Of a stretch of DNA of 64,000 bases, positions 10,374 through 22,700 are shown in pieces. Each line of letters starts with the position of its first letter. Within the stretch, counting starts at the first letter, position 1. Origin of the DNA: Phoronis australis. Taxonomy: Eukaryota > Animalia > Phoronida. The notes under the pieces were generated by a model. That model did not search any database. It was not told where the DNA came from and saw only the letters and a program-made list of their open reading frames with translations. The stretch covers positions 1 to 64,000 of the forward strand of contig NMRA01000536.1 in assembly GCA_002633005.1 (NCBI GenBank), given 5' to 3'. The position numbers were made by a program, and so were the translations under genes.

Positions 10374-11310
10374 CCTCATCAACTGAAATTCATTAGAAAT
10401 GCTTCCCTATGATTGAAATCTATCCCTAAACGCGTCACGCGCGTAACACGCCCAGGCGTGGCCCTTTCATCATAATTTACGTTGAAACGTACGTATCCGT
10501 GTGACTGCCCCCATCCCGCTGGGAGGTACCAAGACCGCGTTACTGTACCTTCAGGGACGAAGAGTGATGGTTCACGCAAACGTTTGAAATGAAAATGAGT
10601 GCCAAGTGTAAGCCTACGTGCGTTGTTTACTGACATTAAGAAAAAGAGCATTTCCATTTTAATTCTAGTCAGCAAAGTTTCACGTCTTTGTCACAGGTTA
10701 ATTGCCTCGCAACTTGGCCAGCGTTTCGTGTGAGCGGACAAAGTGTAACCTCATTACTTAACTGCTGACCTGCCATCTGTGCTATGGACCATGGGTGCCT
10801 GCATTATTTTTTAAAATGNACAAAATGTTGGGCCCCCCCTTGTAATATCCTAGATCCGCCACTGCCTCATCAACTGAAATTCATTAGAAATGCTTCCCTA
10901 TGATTGAAATCTATCCCTAAACGCGTCACGCGCGTAACACGCCCAGGCGTGGCCCTTTCACCATAATTTACGTTGAAACGTACGTATCCGTGTGACTGCC
11001 CCCATCCCGCTGGGAGGTACCAAGACCGCGTTACTGTACCTTCAGGGACGAAGAGTGATGGTTCAGGCAAACGTTTGAAATGAAAATGGGCGCCAAGTGT
11101 AAGCCTACGTGCGTTGTTTACTGACATTAAGAAAAAGAGCATTTCCATTTTAATTCTAGTCAGCAAAGTTTCACGTCTTTGTCACAGGTTAATTGCCTCG
11201 CAACTTGGCCAGCGTTTCGTGTGAGCGGACAACAGTGTAACCTCATTACTTAACTGCTGACCTGCCATCTGTGCTATGGACCATGGGTGCCTGCATTATT
11301 TTTTAAAATG
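10374..11310. other. 445-bp duplication across a single-N join (two haplotypes), one copy preceded by a MITE end
   Basis: 10374-10818 matches 10865-11310; N at 10819; 10820-10864 ends in TAGATCCGCCACTG. Confidence 0.8.
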
Positions 11311-11755
11311 TATGTGTATAGACGTGACGTCACTGGATTGCATGTCCATACGATTATGAAAATGTGGACATATAATACACGGATTTATAAGAAGGGCAAC
11401 GTAATAACAACACCCGGGACAACGCAAGTGGGTTTAATGTCCCCTTACGGACTCGATCTCAAATAAAAAATCGACCGTCACGGCGTTGCGTTTTGCCTCC
11501 TCCCTTGATACATCCTAAATCCGCCAATACTCATATTCCAGATTATTCGGTTTCTCCGGTCATTGTTGAATTATACCATGCACAAAAACAATAAAACATT
11601 CGTTGCATCAAAGAAAAAGATACTAACTACGCAACTTCTCCTGAAGTCACCGATTACAAAACACGCAACAGCTAGGCCTTCGACACTTAATTCCCAGCCC
11701 CGCACCCTGGTTGCAAGCTGGTGGTCGACGGGTCACCCACAGTCCTAACAATAAA

Positions 11756-12056
11756 CAGTGGCGGATCCAGGAATGATGCCATAAGGGGGGCCAACATGTT
11801 GACTCGTGGAATTGGGCAAAGCGCGAGTGTATGTGACGCCTGAAACTAGAGTTGCGGGGGCCGGGATGTGAACCTTCTGTTCGGAAATCTGGAACGCTAT
11901 TCCGCCGCCGCCATCTGTCCCCCCATCCGCTACCGGACCTACTAAGTTACTGAACTCAATATTTCCTCACGTTTCAGGCTTTTGCTGTTTTTGCTTGCGG
12001 CAGCCAAAGGTGGGGGAGGCAGGCTTCCTGCCCTGTCCCCCCTAAATCCGCCTACG
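11756..12056. mobile_element. MITE with a CAGTGGCGGAT-type TIR
   Basis: CAGTGGCGGATCC at 11756 and degenerate AATCCGCCTACG ending at 12056; ATAAA flanks both sides. Confidence 0.6.
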
Positions 12057-12209
12057 ATAAAACACTAAGCACTTGTCCGTCTACAAATAACTTGGTGTGC
12101 CTACATCTCCGTAAGTTTTTTTAAATTTTGCTCATTTATAATGAACTCAGCGGATCGACAATTCCGCATGAACAACAACTCAAATGACAGCCCAAAACTA
12201 AAAACAGCC

Positions 12210-15200
12210 TCAGATGTGTCAATTATTTTTATTACTAGACTCTCTTAGCAGTGCCTATAGTGACTTCGACCATGCTCTTACAATATACGACAAAATTACA
12301 GTGCACACAATACTTAGACGAAGAACATATATGGAATTATTCAGTGAACAATAATGGAATTTATGATTACTGGAAACGTCTCGCGTGCACTGGATAAAAG
12401 CACTCGAATCGTCAACTACGGCTTCCAGCAATAGTAACATCGACTAAAACATCTACAGCTACTCTAACTTCGTTTGGACCATATACATATTGCCCTGTGA
12501 TAGACGTGGAGAGAAGAACAATGAATGTCATTCGACTCACGATCTTTTTAACCCAGTACGTGACAGATCACTCATCCACTTCACAAAACATGTCTATAAG
12601 ACCACGACGTACAACTTCATACTAGTACTCACATGCAGCACCACATCTTTGAAAATGATGACCATTTACAACAATCACTAGTAATTCACAAAACATATTA
12701 AAATACCATCAGATCAAACTTAACTGATAGTGAAAAAAGCTCCCTTAGCAAATTGGCAAGAAGATTGGCAGCCTCTCAGTAACCTTGGCACATTTTGATT
12801 AAGAGTAAATCATTGACCTCGACAAATGTATTGCAAACAGGCAATTGACACTTACTGAGTACCACACTTGGAAGACGCAACTGACAAAAGCAGTACAGTT
12901 CAAATTGGCACTTTTGCGGTTATGAGGAATTTGCATACAACGAAACAGACATGAAAATAATGCTGCAAAACCCAAGCACAGAACAGTCAGTTTTGACTGC
13001 ATACTCACTAAGAGGTTAACAGCGAGCACCAACGGAAAAAACGCAAGTTGCACACAACTGCACTGCTCAGTAATTATAGACTACTATGAGGCAGTTGACA
13101 AGATCCATCATATAAATCAAGATTGACAGCTTGGGTTACACTGATGCAATATAACATCTAAAAATATAATACCTGAAATCAATTCTACAAATGGAAGACA
13201 ATGATTTTGTTGATTAATCATCGACTTAGTTGTGACAAACATGACAAAGTTTAAGTTAATCTCAGTAACAATAAAAATGGAAATATTGCGCAATAAATTT
13301 GGCACATGCACGAAATACAGCAGTATGGGCAAATAACTAACCCTAATACACAACGTGGTGTAGAAACAAAAGCACCATACAATCAGTGGCTGAACTGGGA
13401 AACTAAGTATCCCAAACACAGCATTCTCTCTAGGTTGCCGAAGCCTTCAACCTATAACAAAATTTTAATACAAACTTACAGCTCTACATCTACCTCTTAA
13501 CACTATCTGTACATCCATTTGGCACATTGGAGAATCTGAAGTAAACTGTGACCAACATGCAAATCGAGAAATTCCAGACCACTAGGAAATGAAATTCTTC
13601 AATGACCCAGTTATCCTCACAGGAAGATACTTGTTGAACAGACCATTTGCAAGTTTCCAAACTAAGCAGAAAAATGGGACAAAACCGCCACCACAACTTT
13701 GCAAATGCAAAACCTGCATTTGGACTTACAAGCCTCAGGTGAATTGGCTTGTGCAGTAACAATTTAGCACCATGGCGCAGGGAGGTGGAACAAAAATACA
13801 CCTCGCTTCCTATCTCGTATCAGGTCTGTATGTAGACATTGTTCCATGTGGACTGTCTCCTGATTTGCAGGTTTCACAAAATACTAAGTGTTTTGATTTA
13901 GACATGCATTACATGGTACAAGTAAAACAGTATGTCCTAAGTAATTACGCAAATAATATCACAATTCAGGGGAGTACGTACAATTCTTTCTGGTGAGGTA
14001 GGCACCAGACACCACTGGAAGAAAAGCAAAACATATGGCTTCACTAACCTAGAGGCATTAAGTGAGCATTGTGGATGGCTATGTCAGGCAGCATCTGACC
14101 ACAGGCAACTGACTAAAACTGGAACCTTGGGCCATATTGCTGCGGCTCAACCTCGAGTACCCACCACAAACACTTGCCTGCATGGTAGCAACGCCCCCTA
14201 GAATCCATGACTTAAATAACAACTAACTACCAAGCTATAACATCCGCAGCACAATCGAATCAGTGACTGCCAAGACAATCTCAGAGATCTAATACCTAAA
14301 CTATAAACAATAACACACTGAAAAAGAATACATCCACAAATTCTTGCTATGTACAACTATTATGCCATTCACGTAACATGTCATGGTATCTTTCTTACAT
14401 CCATTCTACACTGTACATCAAGCCTCTTTCCTGCCATGAGATAAGTCAGATCAACATCTATAAACGCATCCACACATTAATGACAGTCTAAAACTACCTC
14501 GCTCATAATAAGACATAACCCAAATGACAACGGGCAATAGCAAAATTATTTAGTCAAGCTCCTGAAATTCATTAGTTGTCATGGAAATTGTTGACACGAT
14601 AGATCACCGCACATGTAAAAGTTTGCATCTAAAATGCAGATAGAATTTAAGACACTGCTGGCAGCAAACTACTAGAAACAATCCAACTTTGTAAGCTTTA
14701 GAGCACGTGGTACAATTAGGATGAATTTAACATTATGACCTTTGAACTAGCGTTGTTTCATCAGGAACAGCAGCATTCAAATGATTCTAAAGGATTAGGA
14801 TTTCCCAAACACATCGAAGTGAGCAAGCAGAAAGACCACACAGACACGCACTGTATAATTGTGTGTGGTTAAGGCTATGGTAAATCTAAACTTTCAGTTT
14901 ATTTAGTTCCAAAATAGCAGACTAGTGAAACTTTATTGAGCTGTTATTTCAAAATGAAACAAAGATTAGCAATATTGTACTGTACACGAACAATGATGCT
15001 TGTAAAATTTTCTTGATTATCTACAGCTAGGTAATCGACATTTGAAAAGCACAAGAAAATTGTAAATTATTTTTTCACCTTAATAACGTAAAAGTGGCTA
15101 CAAACCTGCCTTCCATCACTAAAGCATTTGAATTAAACCACATACTATCATAAAATTGGTTTTGCGTTGTTCCTCAGTCAAATTGGAGATGATTTCACAT

Positions 15201-16645
15201 CTTAACAGTTCACTATTGCTTAAGATGAGACTACTATTCAGCTTGTCATGGCAAGTCATTTTACGTGACAAGTATGGTCTCAATGAAAAAATGTCTTTTC
15301 TTTGCAAACCCAGACATTATTCTCATCTGAGTAAGGAACTAGTTGAAACAACTTCCATAGCTTTAAGTGGTCTACCATTAAATGCTCACTTCTTAAACGG
15401 TATGCGGGTTTATAGTCAGCTTAAGAATTACCATAGATACACAAGCAAATATTAATATATGCACACATCAGTCCTTGTGATTAATAAAATGTACATCAAC
15501 GCATGTTCAAAATATAAATGATAAACAACGCAATAAAATTATCCACACCATGTGATTGTTTCAAGCAATTCCATTCATTTGGGCGAACACACGGTTCACC
15601 TGATTGTTTCAAACACTTGATTGCTTAAGAAAATGATTGTGCACTTTTACGAATTACTTCAGACTATCTTTCTTGGTGTTCAAATCATACCAGCAAAAAG
15701 CAATGTAATTAAAGAGTTTGAACACATTGGTAAGTATGTTACGAAAGGACAAGTGAGGCAATAATAATAATAAACCAGTCCAGTTTAGAAATGAACGTCA
15801 GAAAAATAACAAATACATAATTCATAGGTGCAATAATATACGATAAACAAGACTAAAGAAAACATCCATTCGAATGTTACATAGCTATCATTATAACATC
15901 ATAAAACATATCTTAAAAAGAAACAAAAATAATTTTCATCCTTAACGTGAACAATATAAAATAAAGATGTGCACCTCTAACTAATTTTGCTTTCTTTTCT
16001 ATGCTTTTAACAAAACATTAGAAATAGTCACTGAGGCACAATACTGATGCCCAACCTGTGCGAAAACACAGTGCCCAGTTAGCGAATGTCTCAACTTTTT
16101 GTGGAATAATAACAAAACATCTCAGCTTTCCTAATCTGTGCGACTAGTAGTGACACCTATAATAGTTATCTTGACGTGAACTAACTGCTTTGCATAAAAA
16201 CTCAGTGCAAGTCATCCTATAGTTTTACAAAGCAATTCACATCAACTCAAAGAAGGAAAACATGGAATTCAGATTTCCGCACACTACCCAGAAAGTCGCC
16301 TTCACAAGTTGCCACATAGCATTAATCTCATGATTGGTCAAATCAGGTATTATAATGGCTGTGAAGAAGCCAAAGGTTTGTGCAAACGGCGTGTCCATTC
16401 AGACATTTTAGAACTTCGTCGGCCACGATCTATATTGCACCGTCAGAAGGTTATTGCACCTTACAAGGGGTTCAATAATTGAGGAGATCCACGGATCAAA
16501 AATAATTGTTTTTTCCTGTTGTGTGTCAAGTTAGTGTATGCAATAGAACGTCCAACTCTGATTTGATCAATCACACAATCAATACGGCAAGATATTAGTA
16601 AGTACAAGCTTCCTCTCCAGGTACATGTTGCCAGGTCCTTATTGC
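12210..16645 (-). promoter_or_regulatory. Putative long 3' UTR of ZEB/zfh1
   Basis: No recognisable TEs, T-rich on the sense strand, sense AATAAA at 12228-12233 (also 14932-14937), many miRNA seed matches, and Pumilio elements at 14348-14355 and 15018-15025. Confidence 0.55.
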
Positions 16646-16740
16646 TTATTCAGAGTCACCAATCTCCTCACCAGCCTCTAGAGCTGCTTTCATTGGTTTG
16701 CAGTACTTGTAGCGGTGGTTCATGTGTTGACTATATGAAC
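16646..16740 (-). CDS. zfh1: ZEB/zfh1 last coding exon (absent from the ORF track)
   Basis: [31 protein letters not shown]; ttgtctgcag acceptor; TAA at 16646-16648. Confidence 0.93.
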
Positions 16741-19700
16741 CTGCAGACAAATTCATATTGCTTTAGCAACAAATTTGCAGATGGAATTTGTTATGCTTTA
16801 ACGACAAATTTGCAGATAGAATTCACAGCTTTCATGATAAATCTGCAGACAGAACTCAGAATGCCAAAAGAATCTTCAGATGGAATTCATATTGCTTTAA
16901 TGACAGATCCACGAATTGATTTCATATTGTTTTCACGACAAATCAGCATACAAAATTCATATTTGCTTTAGTGACCAATCTATAGATGGAATTCAGACTG
17001 CTTCTGTCTTTCAGATAGAACTCATATTACTTTAATGGCGAATCTGCAGACGGAATTTGACTTAAGACAAGACAAATAGTTTGTCACCAATAATGTATCG
17101 TGAAATCTCTAAAGCGAAAAATTGGCTCACATTTTCTGCTCTCCAAAAGACGATGCATTATACCTTTAATTAGCCAAGCATGCTTAATAAGACCAAATAT
17201 TGCATCTACTGAACAAACTCCATGTGTCACCGATGTTACTGACCTGAATGACTGAACCGTTTGCCGCACTTCTTGCACTCAAATGGCTTCTCACCACTGT
17301 GCAGGCGTCTGTGCTCCGTGAGATGATGTTTGTGCTTGAATGCCTTCAGGCAGATGTCACAGTTAAAAGGCCGGGCACCTGCAGATGGCAGCACCATCAA
17401 TGTCATATTTTGTCATGAATTTCCCATTGGTTTCAATACAGGGCAAAGGGCGACAGCCACTTACAGAGGTACGGGATTTTGAGAAGCAAATTGATGCTTG
17501 TTACTGATTGCGAATAAAACTGGCTCTCAAAATACGCGACCACAGTAAGTGACAATAGCCATACCAGACAAGGAACAATTGTCCACTGCCGATTTTCAAA
17601 GTCAGTTATAAACTTAAGGAATAAGAACTTAATGTCTTAACCAGGAGCTCCTCAGGTTTGTCATTCACATTCTAAAGTGTTGATGGTGATCATAAGTGTA
17701 CACCAAGGTGATAAATGACGCGTGTATCATAAGATATCATTATGTTGTAAGGGAACATCCACAGGTTTCAGACGCACACAAAAGTGACCTCTACAAACTT
17801 GCTAATGAGCACAACTTGTCTGGTTAACAGTTAACAAAATCTCAATATTAAATAATCTAATTCAGTGCCGAGAATAAGGTACAAGAAATGCAAGACTATT
17901 TTAGTGATCCACGAAACTTAAGAGAGTCAGGCATGTGATTTACCAGAATCTACAATAGTTTTCAAAATAATCTCAAATCTGGAAAACACTGAAACTTGAC
18001 AAAGTTTCAACTCACTTAACCACGACTAAGTGACAATTTATTTTAGTCTAAAATCCATTTCAACTCTGGCTAAATCTCGACAAAATAATGACAGGTATTA
18101 ATACATCTGGTGCACAGGACAATAGTGGCACATTTACTGACAAAAGTTTGATGTCATCACTTTTTTAGCCAAAAACAGCCAAATAATTTTAGTATGAAGC
18201 ATGTACAAGTTTGACAGACTCCAACAGTGTTCTATCAAATCTGTCTACTTTATTTTGATAACTAATATTATACGTAATTCAAGTATTGATGATAACGAGT
18301 AAACACTCCCCGGCACTTACCAGAGTGTTCGTATTTGTGCCGTGCTAGCGAGCTCTGTTTGCTGAACATTTTGTCGCACTGGTCGCATGCGTACATGCCT
18401 TCGTCGATGTCCACACGGTGCTGCTTCCAAGACTTGCGCTTCTTTTTCATTGGCTGGTCATCAGATGTCAATGGACTGTCAATAAATTCTAGCTCTGCCT
18501 CCTCAGACTCCATCTAACAGGGAATGCATGAGAATTAATTTAAGGAATGAGATCAGACAAACTTGAAGAGCATCTCACTTCTAACTACATCTGGGATAAA
18601 CAGCATAAGATGCCAAGAAAAAAAATGTTAGAAATCAGTCTGTTCCAATGCAATTGTCAAGGTATAGGAACCGCTAGCACCAACACTTAGGAAAGCTGAT
18701 CTAAATTTCTTTTTGAGTTAGCATGGCAATTACTTCAAATGAAACTATAATGAAGAGTGGAAGATAACTGGAATTGTGTACCGGGAATTGCTTCAAACAA
18801 CAGAGTAGTTTTGATATTTGAATTTGAAAAATAATCCACTCTGGACAATTTACTAAACAGGAGATTTTGCAATGATAAAGCAAACCTATTTTAAAATATA
18901 ATATTCAGCATTCAGTATCTTACAATAGTTACTCCACTTAGGCATAATATAATATTAATAATTACCTGTTTCCATGATTTCTTTCTTTGTCGTCGCAATT
19001 TCAACTCAAAAGGATCTTCCTCCATGGTTGCATCACTCTCACCACCAGAGGGTGCTGGAGAGTTGGAGTAACTTCGTCGATGCGTGATCGGGTTGTTCTC
19101 GTGGAACTTCCTGTCTAAGAGCTTGACAGTGTCGTGACCGTTGGTCAATCCCGCGAACTGTCTTGGAGGAGTCGACTCATTGTTGCTTTGAGGCGAGCTG
19201 GTGTTACTGCGCACGAACATCCCTTCCTGGCGCATGTACTTGAAAATGGCTGAATCCTGGAAACGTTTCATATCCTGCAGCTGCTCATGGATCCTGGACG
19301 ACACAGATTTCTGGCTCAGGTTTAGAGCGAGGTGTTCTCCAATTTCCGGTGGGCCTGTCTTCTTGGACAAATCAAGAGGCTGCATCTGCTCAGGGGCTGG
19401 CTGTTGGAATGGAGCCATCGGCAACGTGGTGTCGGGGGAAAACTGATGGTGTTGGGTTGCGTAGTAAACCATGCCCTGTGGAATGCTCTGCGGGACATAG
19501 GGTTGAGGGACGACAGGAATGTACGATCCTTGCTTGGCCACGCTGTTGGCAATACCACCATTGGCTGTGCGGTCGCTTGGCTGTGTGAGCTGCTGAGCAG
19601 CCATGTTGGAAAAGTACAGCAGGTTCTTACCGTGACGTCGGTCACGCGCCCGCATGTTTTGGAACCACACCTGTACAACTCGTTTCGGATAGCCAACCTT

Positions 19701-22700
19701 GTTTGCCAATGTGAGCAGCTCAATTTTCCTCGGCCTAGGATTTGACTGATAGTACGTCTTCAAGATGGCCAGCTGCTCCTCGTTGAACAAGGAGCGACTA
19801 CGGCAGCGTCCATTTTGCTCTTTGTCGTTGTCATCGTCGTCATCTGAGGTCATCGGAGTAGAAGTTTGCGTAGAACATTCTGACTTCTGTTCAGTGCTAT
19901 CTGAGCCCTTGTGCATGACTTCGGCGCTTTTCTTGCAGAGATATCGTTCGTGCTGATGCAACTCAACTGGGCTTTTGAAGCTCTCGTAACAAAAACGGCA
20001 ATACATACGTTCTTCATTGGAGCTTTCCATCTTGACAGAGTTGGCAACTGGCATTTCCTCTTTGATGAGGCTGGAATCTGGACTTGGGCTCGTCATCTCG
20101 CTCTTGACTTCTGGCATTTTACCATTTGTGGGAGACGTCAGCTTACTGAGTCCCACCTTGTCCTTCTCAGCTGACAGTCGCTCCTGCTTTGACACAGTGG
20201 CACCGGCAATTTCCAGAACCTTCTTCACATGCTTGGTGGGACTTTCGCTCTTCAATGGATTTGGAGAAGTGGGCTGCACACTTGGTGACTTCTTTGGACT
20301 CATTTTACAGTCCAGCTTGTCTCTAATGGTGGCTGTTGCGTCGTCAGGTTTGGTCAAGCCGTGCAAGCCTGAGAAGTTAGGAAACATAGCATTGGCCATG
20401 GAGAAGGGTAAGTAAGGAAGAAACGGCGGACGCATGCCATTGAACTGGGCAACTCTTGCTGAAATCTGCGCTGCTGTGCTGAATGGGATGTACTGGGCGG
20501 CGTAGTCTGGGAAGGTGCTGGCGTAGGAAGTGGCCAGCTCACGGGTAATATTGTGCTCAAGCGATGACTTTTCTCCCGCTGGCTTCTTGGCGGCCATGAC
20601 AAAGCACTTCTTTGAGGTCATGTGACTGCTGAATGACCCCGAGTGGCTGAAGCGCTTGCCACAGTTGGGGCACTCAAAGGGCTTCTCCCCAGAGTGGATG
20701 CGCACGTGTTCCTTCAGGTGGTGCTTAAACTTAAATGCTTTGCCGCACTCCATACACTTGAACTTACGCAAATCCGAGCTCTCGTTGTGACTGATCATGT
20801 GACGCTGCAACCGGTAGACATTGGCAAACGTCTTGCGGCAGACTCCACACGACTGGCATGTGGGAGAGTGCAGTGCCAGGTGCTTGTCCAGCTGAGACTT
20901 GAGCGTAAAGCCAGCACTACACTTTGGACACATGAATCGGCGCACAAGCTCTGGGTGCGATTGCTTGATATGATCGCGGAGAAGGAAGAGTCGTTGGAAG
21001 CCGTGCTCGCAGTGCGGACACTTAAACACGCAGACGCCGTTGACCATCTCTTTGTCGTGTTCATCTGAAATGCATCAGAAACGCAAACTGACATTTTTGA
21101 GGGACTGAGCAAACACCTTGTACTCAGACTCAGAATTGTCATCTCATCAATTGTGAAAAATTCAAAAGACAACTGCGATAACAATGATAACAGTTGTTAA
21201 TTCAAAAAATAAACTTTGTTGCTGCAATATGATGAAGTTGAGAAACTATTTCAATATTACAGAAAAAGGGGAAATCTGAAGCTGCAATTTCAGGAGCAAT
21301 GACTGAACCTTTGTGTTCCAGAGTTTGTACTTAAATTTGAAGAATAACAGGTGAAGCAATGGTTTCTTCATTATACAGCAATTGATAATCTATGCTTTTT
21401 GATGGTCTAAAATTTAGACAAGTACTTTCACAAAATCAGTTTGAACTGAAGAAGTACGTGTATCAAAGGAAAGGTACAAAAGGTTCAATAGATCACACTT
21501 CCTGCGAAAATGAGCAGCAACAACATCATAACCGACAATAACAACGACATCCACCACTGACCTTCCTCTGTCAAGCCAGAAACAGAGTCCTCTTGGTCGC
21601 TGGTGGGTTCAGGGAATATCACGGCGGTGTCGGTGCGGTTCAGCAGTTCAGATATGTTCTCCTCCTCTGACGTGACATCTCTCTCGTTGGCGTCAGACGT
21701 CGTAGTGTTCTCTTGGGATTGTGCTAATGAAAACCATTAGTGATAAATATGTTACGCAAGCAACTTAACTGTTTGGAATCCGGATTGAATCTCATTAGTT
21801 GATCACTGATCAGCCAACAGTTAGGAGTGTAGCACATCAAAAGCTTCAGCCACAGAAGTGATAAAGGCAAACATTTTACAAATTTGGACTTTAAAATCAA
21901 TTGCTGAATTCGACATTATATATTTTCGAAAGCTTACTGCTGCAAAAGCTTAAACATTTACCAGATATTCTTCAATTACCGCTGTACAGTGGAAACAATG
22001 CCAGCAATGAGGTAAAACTTTATAAAGGTTATGTAGAATGTAGGACACTAGAAAACATTTTCAAATTTGGCCAACCTCCAGACATCACGCCTTACAACTG
22101 GCTGATCAGATTCACACAGAACTTTGATCACACTCTGCTTTATTAAACAACGCACTTCAAAACATTGTTAGGAATTGTCTTCAAGATGTTGCACCTTTAT
22201 GTGATGGGTTGTAAAAATTCACAAAGTTCTATGACTTTCATGAAAGAACTTAGAAGTTGCATAAAACAAAAATAACATATTTAGAAAACAGCGTTTACTC
22301 TTGAATTAATTTCCATCAAATATAATTTGAACATGCCCTTGGTGCCATTGTTGAAATGCTATCAACGTATCTTTGTGCTATATTTTTGTTAAAGACATGC
22401 GCATGTGACCAAATAAATGGCAAATTGCTAAAAAAGCCAAAATCTAATTCGGCAGGCTTCCTACATTAAGAAAATATATACTTTCACTGAATTAAAAATG
22501 TATAATTTTGCAGATACTTGGCTTCATACACACACTTTTCGATAGTGCTCTGCATAACCTCAATTTGTTGATCAGTCTTGTTCAAATGAAATTCAACTTC
22601 AGCCATGTTGTGCAACCAAAGAATTTATACTTTTACTTTCAGACAGTAATATTCCCCATCTCTACAAATTTAGGCAAGACTAACATTACATCATAAACAG

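Noticed and set aside
10379-11166. Two tandem 98-aa ORFs (MLTRIKMEM...)
   Set aside because: They arise from the N-joined duplication and have no recognisable domain.
16040-16046. Vertebrate-like multi-site miR-200/miR-8 loop in the ZEB UTR
   Set aside because: Only one 7mer (AATACTG) was seen in ~4.4 kb, which is compatible with chance.
16738-17062. CRISPR-like array
   Set aside because: Contiguous degenerate units with no unique spacers and no cas genes, inside a eukaryotic intron.
19201-21184. Antisense and alternate-frame ORFs over the large ZEB exon
   Set aside because: Shadow ORFs of a GC-richer coding exon.
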